This document shows, piece by piece, positions 54,861-64,000 of a stretch of DNA of 64,000 bases. The notes below the pieces were generated by a model that saw only the letters and a program-made list of their open reading frames with translations, did not search any database and was not told where the DNA came from. The stretch is from Octopus vulgaris (lineage: Eukaryota), in assembly GCA_951406725.2 (NCBI GenBank), contig OX597815.1, positions 106,826,001 to 106,890,000 on the forward strand, read 5' to 3'. The position numbers were made by a program, and so were the translations under genes. Each line of letters begins with the position of its first letter. The first letter of the stretch is position 1.

Positions 54861-55160
54861 AGTAGTGTGGAGCGACTGACCTCCCTTGTTCGAAGGTTAT
54901 ATGGATACAGTTTGTGTATCAAATAGCTAACTTAAGGCGATGGCCTCATGGAGCTAATAAGCGGACAGCTTTTTTCTTATTTTTATAAGAATGCCATATT
55001 AGTATGGCGATAACTATTATTTCATGGGAACGCTGCCGCTGTTCTCTTTTAGAGAGACTTAGTTATTTTAATATTTCTATTATTGAAAACAAGTGGATGT
55101 ATTCCACTGAAACTAGGTAAATAAAACCATCGAACAGAGATTGTCGGAAGCGACACCTAC

Positions 55161-55222
55161 TGGCTGGCTACGCTGCATTGAAAAGGGGCAATACCCCGAA
55201 ACGCGTCTGTAGCTGCCGGTCA
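55161..55222 (+). ncRNA. Hammerhead ribozyme, copy 5
   Basis: Identical to copy 4. Confidence 0.8.
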
Positions 55223-55439
55223 AGTAGTGTGGAGCGACTGACCTCCCTTGTTCGAAGGTTATATGGATACAGTTTGTGTATCAAATAGCTAACTTAAGGC
55301 GATGGCCTCATGGAGCTAATAAGCGGACAGCTTTTTTCTTATTTTTATAAGAATGCCATATTAGTATGGCGATAACTATTATTTTCCGGGAACGCTGCCG
55401 CTGTTCTCTTTTAGAGAGACTTAGTTATTTTAATATTTC

Positions 55440-55508
<69 letters not shown>

Positions 55509-55924
55509 TGTATATACACATAAATATATGTGCATGCGCCTGTGCATATGTGTGTGTTGCCGTGTCCTGTTTTGTTCACTTTCTCTGCTCTTTTATAAAT
55601 AGTTACCGTAAAGAGAGACTGCAACTTAGAAGTTTCGCCGGTTAGGGCCTATCAGGAAGTAGCAAAATAACAAGAAATTACGTTATAGAAAGTGGAGAAG
55701 TTGAAAGTGAGAAGGTGTGCTTAAAACATTAGTTGCTCAAATAAATAAATGATGTTCGAAGAAATACAGGGATGAGATTTTCTGTCATCAGAATACATAA
55801 ACTAAGTTCTCGCTTCTGCCGTTTATCTCTCCATTGCCATTATCCATATTTCGTAATCTTCCTTATCACGATTATGTTATTATATATGTATTTATATAAT
55901 AGCTTTTATATTGTTTTTTTGTTT

Positions 55925-56111
55925 TTGTTTTTACTTGTTTCAAGTCATTTGACTGCGGCCATGCTGGAGCACCGCCTTTAGTCGAGCAAATCGACCCCGG
56001 GACTTATTCTTTGTAAGCCCAGTACTTATTCTATCGGTCTCTTTTGCCGAACCACTAAGTGACGGGGACGTAAACAGACCAGCAGGGGGACAAACACAGA
56101 CACACAAACAC

Positions 56112-56162
<51 letters not shown>

Positions 56163-56316
56163 TACGATAGGCTTCTTTCAGTTTCCGTCTACCAAATCCA
56201 CTCACAAGGCATTGGTCGGCCCGGGGCACTTGCCCAAGATGCCACGCAGTGGGACTGAACCCAGAACCATGTGGTTGGTTAGCAAGCTACTTACCACACA
56301 GCCACTCCTGCGCCTA
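55925..56316 (-). mobile_element. SINE family A copy with small internal deletions
   Basis: Collinear with 22711-23163. Confidence 0.9.
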
Positions 56317-56784
56317 TATATTCTTATATTTTGTATTAGGTAATCTTTCATATCTTTTCTTTTCGCCATCTCCAAACGCACATCTGGAATTTTCAAATCT
56401 TAACGGTTTTTCACCTCATATACTCCCAGCATTCCTTTAACCAAATCTTGCTTCACTTCATTCTATATACCTTTCGCGATCTTACCTCTAAGTGAATTTT
56501 TATTTTCCCCCAATAATTTATAAACGCATATCATCTGTAACTGGTTTGTGTTTGTACTCCTAAAGATTGTATATACAAACGTGTTTCCTTATATGTATCA
56601 GTTTGTATTATTATGTAGCTGGCTGTCTACATAAACAGAATATATGGATATTGATTTTTACTTTTTACCAATATTTTCTTTTATTTGCATTCATATTTAT
56701 TTGTTTGCCAAATATATTTATTAATTCATCTACCTGAATATCTACACACACACAACACACGCACACACACACACATACACACAC

Positions 56785-56824
<40 letters not shown>

Positions 56825-57155
56825 ACACAACACGCACACACAACACACATACGTCTTCATCACTTCTCCCTTTTTCCGCTTCCGGATGTATGTGTGTGTT
56901 TGAGTGTAAGTGTGCGTGAGTGCAAGTGTGTGTGCGTGCATGTGTCTATAAATGTTTGCAATTATCTGAGCTACTCTCCAACCACACGCGCGCACACGCG
57001 TGAGTGCATGTATGTATATATGTATGAGAGTGTCTGTGTATGTGAGTGTGTATTTTTGATTCTATGGATATATTTATGTATATACATTATTGTGTGACAA
57101 ACATAGACCTTTGACTATACAGTTATTTATGTGCATATAGATACATACACACACA

Positions 57156-57261
<106 letters not shown>

Positions 57262-57276
57262 AATACCTCCTTTTCT

Positions 57277-57311
<35 letters not shown>

Positions 57312-57460
57312 TAGAGGGAAACCCCTATGTGGACACCCTTATGCTAGAAATAGATCCGCTATGGTCTTACCACTAAGAAATGTTCTCAAGAAAAATTTTG
57401 CAAAACAACCAAAACATAATCGAGCAAGACAAAAGAAAAAGCAATAAAAATATAGATTAT

Positions 57461-57532
57461 TCGCATACATGTTTCACTATTAACATATTACGTAATTTTA
57501 CTTACATAAATGTCCGTAGATCATCGGTGCGA
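57461..57532 (-). ncRNA. Type I hammerhead-like motif with long stem II (unrelated family)
   Basis: UCGCA [CCGAUGA] UCUA...long hairpin...UAGU [GAAA] CAUG [UA] UGCGA; palindromic ACAUGU stem III. Confidence 0.6.
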
Positions 57533-57594
57533 CCGTCCAGATGAATATAATTTGCACGACTGCATACTAGGACGTCCGCACAAAGTCAGACCTA

Positions 57595-57708
57595 TAAACA
57601 GTTCTACCCATTACACTCGTGTTTACTATTTCAAATGTCCTCGTTTTGGCGCGCTAAATTACTCTCATTTGAAATAGTAACCACGTGTGTAATGGGTAGA
57701 ACTGTTTA
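57595..57708. repeat. Hairpin with 43-bp arms (2 mismatches) and a 28-nt loop
   Basis: TAAACAGTTCTACCCATTACACTCGTGTTTACTATTTCAAATG / CATTTGAAATAGTAACCACGTGTGTAATGGGTAGAACTGTTTA. Confidence 0.85.
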
Positions 57709-57714
57709 CAAATC

Positions 57715-58293
57715 CTAGTATGGGAAACAGCCCAGCCACAACCGAGAAGGGAACATCGTGGAAAACAGGTTCTTCTCTCTATCTGGTGGGATTGCAAAGG
57801 AGTAATTCACTTTGAATTGTTTCCACTTAATGCAACAATCAATGTTCAAGTCTACCGTCAGCAATTAGAGCGTTTGAACCAGGCTTTGAAGAGAAAAAGA
57901 CCCGCTTTAGTGAATCGAAAAGGAGTGATGTTTCATCAAGACAATGTGCGACCCCACAATACAAAGGTCACATCACTGAAGATTGAAGAGCTTGGCTGGA
58001 AAAAAATTCCTCGTCTACTTTATTCTCCCGACCTTGCTCCTTCAGACTACCATTTGTTTCGTAGTTTACAGAATCATTTGGGGGACATAACTTTCGCAAG
58101 CCATTTCAGAGTTTTTCGCTTTGAAACCAAAAGAGTTTTACATTGATGGGATTAAAAAGCTTGCAGATAGATGGAAGGAAGTCATAGATAATCAGAGAAA
58201 GTACTCTAATGATTAAATTCCAACTAAATATAACATTTGATCACTTGTTTTCTTTATTCAAAATTTGGACAGAACTTATGGGATGACCTGATA
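57715..58293 (+). mobile_element. mariner (DD34D) transposon 3' half
   Basis: WWDCKGVIHFE...FHQDNVRPH...YSPDLAPSDYHLFRSLQNHL; TIR TTATGGGATGACCTGA|TA related to the TIR at 45950. Confidence 0.9.
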
Positions 58294-59344
58294 AAAACAC
58301 TGATACCTGGAATTAACTAAAGGAATATTGATGTTATAGGACATACTAATCGTATACTAATTATAAACTAAGAGGTATATTATAGGTTTTAAAAGTTTTT
58401 AGTGTTAATCCATACATGATATTATAGTTTCTTAGGGGTACTTAATTAGAAGGGCTACTTACATAAAGGCCCTTATAAATACTAAGATCAAGAGGGTGGA
58501 ACACTTTAAGAAAGCGATAAAGTAATTACTAAAACCGTGATGATATCTGATCAACTAGGCAGGAAAATTCACGTGGATAGTATACTAACTTTGTTTAGCA
58601 CACCAACTAACTGTACTTTATAGCTTTTATTATGTTGTCATATATGCAATGTACTTTAATTTCAGACTAAAAATATTAAAAGAAAGTTTCCATCAAAATC
58701 ACTTCAATCATAAGACCTATAAAGTGCTACTTTCGAAAATATTTACAAGTACAGGTGACACTATGTACGCATGATACCCTAAGGTCTAATCTATTATTAA
58801 TCAGGTTGCCCTTATCTGTATGCTTAAAAATTTCAAGATTCCATAGAGCACAGCTCACACCCATATCTACTATTTCTATAAGGCTGTGCTGTTTTTATTA
58901 TTTCTAATTTAAGGCCAAACCCAATTTCGCTTTCCTTCAATTCCCAAATCTTACTAGATAATGACGTACAATTCGCCTTATGACAAGTCTTTCTTCCTGA
59001 TACCTTGGTAGTTTTTAAGCTGAAGCGAAGACAGCATGTTTTTTGTTTATCTCCTTACCTTCTTGGAGGTTTAAGGCAAAATTAAACTAATGTGTCCATC
59101 TGTTTTAATTTAATTTAGTTCTATGTATTTATGCAGCTGAAGATTGCTCTGCATTTTAATTGATGTAATGATTTCATTGTTCAATTAAATGGAGTCGCTT
59201 GAAACGATCGTACTGCATTACCTCTGGATACCCTTGTTGCTTATTTGGATTTTAATCACCTTATTTTGAAACAGTATGGATTATACCGTACTAAATTCTG
59301 GTACCTCAACTTAAGTACCTAATTCATCTGAATCTAAATTTTTG

Positions 59345-59408
<64 letters not shown>

Positions 59409-59563
59409 ATATATATTGCGAATCATAATGATGTAAGCATATTCATTCTGAACATTTTCCGGCAGATTTGAAGGCGAATATTTTAATCACAGTTGTATTT
59501 CACCCTCGGAAAACTCCACTTTTTTGACGATGTTTGTTGAAAACATACTCAATTCATTGAGTA

Positions 59564-59685
<122 letters not shown>

Positions 59686-59991
59686 CAATGCATTGTGTTA
59701 ATGACCAATTCATTTAACTTGCATCCAGTGCATTCATTAAGCTCAGGGAGCCTCTATGAATTCAACAAGGAAAATTCCTGAGCCAACTTAGAAAGCTCTG
59801 CAAGTTAACGGAGTAACGTGAACGAGGTCTCTCACCATCTCAGAGATAGCAAACAAATCTCCTCATGTTATATCCTAGATTAGAAAGAAGGATGCATTAA
59901 GAAATGTTTTTCTAGAACACTCTGCCTTTAAACAAAAGACGAAGTGACGAGTGCTCTTGGTTAGAAAGTAATTTTATTTTAGATTTCTTTA

Positions 59992-60162
59992 AAGGCAGCG
60001 AGCTGGTAGAATCGTTAGCGCGCAGAGCAAAATGCTTAGTTCATATTGAGTTTTCCTTTTATCGTTTTAGGATCGATTAAATAAGTTTCAGTTCAGCACT
60101 GGGGTCGATGTAATCGACTGAACCCCTCCCGAAATTGTTGGCCTTTTACCAAAATTTGAAGC
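59992..60162 (+). mobile_element. SINE family B copy with tail type 2
   Basis: AAGGCAGCGAGCTGGTAGAATCGTTAGC head; CTGGGGTCGATGTAATCGAC; tail GGCCTTTTACCAAAATTTGAA. Confidence 0.75.
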
Positions 60163-60648
60163 CATAATAGGTCTCTTGGATTAGGTTGCTTTGGAGTTAG
60201 AAGACAGCAACAACATTTTTCATGTAAGTATCGTGAAAAACTGTACAGCTGCCGAGTGTTTTACATCAGGGCGATGAGAATCCCTAATATGTAACTGATC
60301 TAATCGATTAGTATGTGGTGCGATGGTGCCCCATATCGATACATAACGTCGATTCGTATCAGATATTTTGATAATCACATAGGGTTGTTGTCAGGTCTCA
60401 ATACAAAATCATTTATTACATCCGTTGTGCAACTAATTCAAATGATACGGTAACTATAGAAACATGTGCGTGATTAATGATACCAGTATTCTATAATGTA
60501 AAACCATGTCCGTTCTGCTTTATACGCCCCCGCCCCATCTCTCTCTCTCTCTTCATTTTATGAATCATTTGTCCCAATATTATTCTTATTCTCATTCCTG
60601 CTTATCCTACGCTGTGTCGTTTTTATTAATTCCTTGTGTGTGCGTATG

Positions 60649-60867
<219 letters not shown>

Positions 60868-60935
60868 ATGTGTATATATACGCGCTTGCGCCCGCGCGCA
60901 CACGCACACATATATGTATGTATGTATATATGTAT

Positions 60936-60967
<32 letters not shown>

Positions 60968-61767
60968 TGTATATTTTATATTACATTTTACATATGTATT
61001 CTGTGTATTATCTTTCCTACGTATATTTATTTGCTTTCGCTTTCTACTATTCTTGCCTTTCTTCCTCGCTTAATTACACTCTTTTCCTTCCTAATTATTT
61101 CTACATATACGCACTCATGCATTCATACGTAGATACACACGTACATACATACGTACACATACATACACATACAAACAATGTCTCTCATTCTCTCTGTCAC
61201 ACACACACACACACATACAATGACTGACTGATTCACTTACCATCATCACTCTCAATAAAGGCGGAAGCTTTCAAATACTTTTCTCAGCAACGGTTCAGCC
61301 TCAACTGATTACCCAATTCTATTGTTATTGATGTTGGGGATATGTTTTGGCAGGGTTTGAAAACTTTATAATGTTTCTATATTTTTGCTTCTAAATAAAA
61401 ACTACACTTTTCATTCCCTTTCAAGTCCATGCAGCCTTATTTTACGACTCGACGATTTTATAAAAGACCCAATATTACTTTCATTTCTATAAAGATTTGA
61501 ATTCCATTAAGAACCTGGTGTAGGTGACACTCTAAAGATGCCATTTTATATCAGTATTTTACTTTTACTCTTTATCAATTTAAAACTTTTATGCATTTCC
61601 CCTAATTTTACTAATTTCATTCGCGTTTTATTCTTCTTCATTTATTTCCTTTCATTCTCTTCTGGTAATATCTTTTACTTTTCGCTTGAAATCTTTCTGA
61701 AGTTTTATTCTACGCTTTGCGCTTTTATCTTATTTCTTTCTCTACCATTCTCTGCCTTTAACTCCAC

Positions 61768-61980
61768 CTTCTTCTTCTTCTTCTTCTTCTTCTTCTTCTT
61801 CTTCTTCTTCTTCTTCTTCTTCTTCTTCTTCTTCTTCTTCTTCTTCTTCTTCTTCTTCTTCTTCTTCTTCTTCTTCTTCTTCTTCTTCTTCTTCTTCTTC
61901 TTCTTCTTCTTCTTCTTCTTCTTCTTCTTCTTCTTCTTCTTCTTCTTCTTCTTCTTCTTCTTCTTCTTCTTCTTCTTCTT
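61768..61980. repeat. Pure (TTC)n/(GAA)n tract, about 70 units
   Basis: Direct reading; source of the poly-F/poly-E ORFs. Confidence 0.95.
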
Positions 61981-62515
61981 GTTTAGCGATATTTCGTCTG
62001 TCTTTACGTTCTGAGTTCAAATTACAGCGAGGTCAACTTTGCCTTTCATCCTTTCGAGGTCAATAAGATAAATACCAGTTGAGCACTGGGATTGATGTAA
62101 TCGAATTAATCACTCTCCCGATATTGCTGGTATTGTGCCAAAATTTGAAACTGATATCATGATTATTAATAAGGCAACGGGCTGGCAGAATCTTTAGCAC
62201 GCCGGACAAAAAGCTTTGTGGTATTTCTTCCGGCTTTACGTTCTGAATTCAAATACCGCCGAGGTCTATTTTGTCTTTCTTCCTTTCGGTGTCGATCGAG
62301 TAAATGCCTGTCGAGTACCGGGGTCGATATAATCGATTAGCTCCCATCCACCAAATTCCAGGCATTGTGCCTATAATAGGAAAGATTATTATCATTATTA
62401 TTATTTCGATTAAATAAGCACCAGTTACGCACTGGGGTCGATATGGTCAACTTATTCCGTTTGTCTGTCCTTGTTTGTCCCCTCTGTGTTTAGCCCCTTG
62501 TGGGTAGTAAAGAAA
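61981..62515 (+). mobile_element. Cluster of three head-to-tail SINE family B pieces
   Basis: 61981-62155 (tail type 2), 62170-62385, 62405-62515 (tail type 1), followed by (TTA)n. Confidence 0.8.
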
Positions 62516-62518
62516 AAA

Positions 62519-62560
<42 letters not shown>

Positions 62561-64000
62561 GTTGTTAATGTTATTTTTTTAGGCATTTCAAACTTTTTTG
62601 TTTTATTTCATTTTTTTTTGTTTTTATAAAAGGTAATGAAATGATCAAACATACAAGCACAGTTTCATCATTAAAGGCCTCCAGTTCTGCAATGGAAGAC
62701 ACAAAAAATAAGTTTTGAAAATATTAATTTGAACGAAAAATGTACGAGAAGTATCACCACTAACAGCAATAACAACAACAACAACAACAACATGAACATC
62801 ATCATCAACAACAACAACGATAACATTCCATCTTTTGATAAGTTGTAAATTAAACAGAGTTCCTCCGTGGCTGACGAATTTATCCAGAAAAGACAGAAGG
62901 TGAAATAATAATGCTTGTAAAAAAAAAATAGAGGGTGCTTCTTTATGTACTCGGAAAAAAGACATGTGGTTGGGTGGTTCTGCATTGTCATCTAGGTACT
63001 GGTTCTCTAGGGGCTGGTGTTCATTGAGAGAGCAGAGAGAAGGTCCATCAGGGTGTAGTGTTGTGTAAAAGATCCAGTTTCTAAACATATATAAGTAAAT
63101 ACTATTTAAAGACCTTCTGCCCAGAATTGAAAAACAAAAGAAAAAGAATGGGTGCAAATAACTGTGTGGTTTCACTAAAGGGAATATCAGAGATGAAGAT
63201 CTTGGATGCTGCTACCGCTTTTCAGGAGTAGCATCAGTCTCAATTTCTGGTATATCCAGAGCAAAATCAAACATGCTCGCCTCTCCCATCAATACTATGG
63301 GCCAAAGATCACCGGAAGGAAGAGAGGATTAATTATTCAAACGAGAACTGACCAGGGGTGTCAAGCAGCAATACCATCTCATCAATATGAATTGATAGGG
63401 AAGAGATGGAAACTGGAGAAGGATAACAAATTGTGAGGAGCAATAAGAAAAAAAAAAAAATGGCGGTGAAAAATAAAATGTAAGCTCGGGTAAAAGATAG
63501 GAAAGAGATTAGAAATCCTTCACGAAGACATGCTCAAACTCACGCAATACCTGAGTAAGAAATAGACTAGGTAGTGAAGAGAGTGATATATATCCAATCT
63601 GTCGTCACACTGGCCCATACGATTCATCGCGATATATCTAAATTTGCATAATGCTCATTTAAACTGAGATGTATAAATGGGAAGATAGGCTATGGGTTGC
63701 ACCTTGTTGTTCGTTCAGCTACAGTATCGTAACCGTAATAAATGATCTTATAAAAGGTCGTATTAAATGCTGTGTCTATTTTCTCATACTCGATTCCAAG
63801 CAACATCCACCATCCCCGCTTATTTGTCATAATAATTTCTAATCATCTGTGACCTTTGTGACAAATAAAGAAATTGTTTTTTTATTGTTGTTATGTCAGT
63901 AGCGTGGGTTGTTATTTCACTTCTGTGTTCTGATTTTTATGCCCTGCATGGCAACCTCGAGGTTGATAAAATTAAGTATCGGTTAAGCATTGCGGTCGAT

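Larger units (their letters stand above)
53305..55445. mobile_element. About 361-bp tandem array with hammerhead ribozymes (about 3.4 direct plus 2.5 inverted units), flanked by (TA)n; candidate retrozyme/Penelope-derived element
   Basis: Marker GTTATCGCC at 53311, 53673, 54033, 54394; orientation flips at 54544-54546; inverted marker TACAGTTTGTG at 54544, 54906, 55268; units nearly identical; no ORF. Confidence 0.9.

Noticed and set aside
53305-55445. CRISPR array or coding repeat
   Set aside because: Units are repeated in full with no unique spacers, no cas genes and no meaningful ORF.

Overview
AT-rich, microsatellite-saturated animal DNA that appears intergenic or intronic. The SINE families and repeat landscape suggest a cephalopod such as Octopus (inference). 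No host protein-coding exon can be supported; almost all listed ORFs are translations of microsatellites or decayed transposons. The window is a nested set of old elements: Tx1/L1-clade, RTE and R4/Dong-like (RLE) LINE remnants, mariner and DD37D (maT) transposase remnants, Helitron-like and foldback/MITE elements, Penelope-like pieces and many tRNA-derived SINE copies. Three results stand out. (1) At 53305-55445 a young ~361-bp tandem array folds back on itself into a ~0.9-kb palindrome inside a (TA)n tract. Each full unit carries a minimal type I hammerhead ribozyme with a compensatory U3-A8 core, making it a candidate retrozyme/Penelope-derived circular-RNA element; unrelated hammerhead motifs occur elsewhere. 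(2) At 23165-23271 (minus) a full-length U6 snRNA copy directly abuts the head of a SINE and sits inside a Tx1-like LINE. (3) One SINE family shares its 3' tail with the Tx1-like LINE and shows tail swapping.
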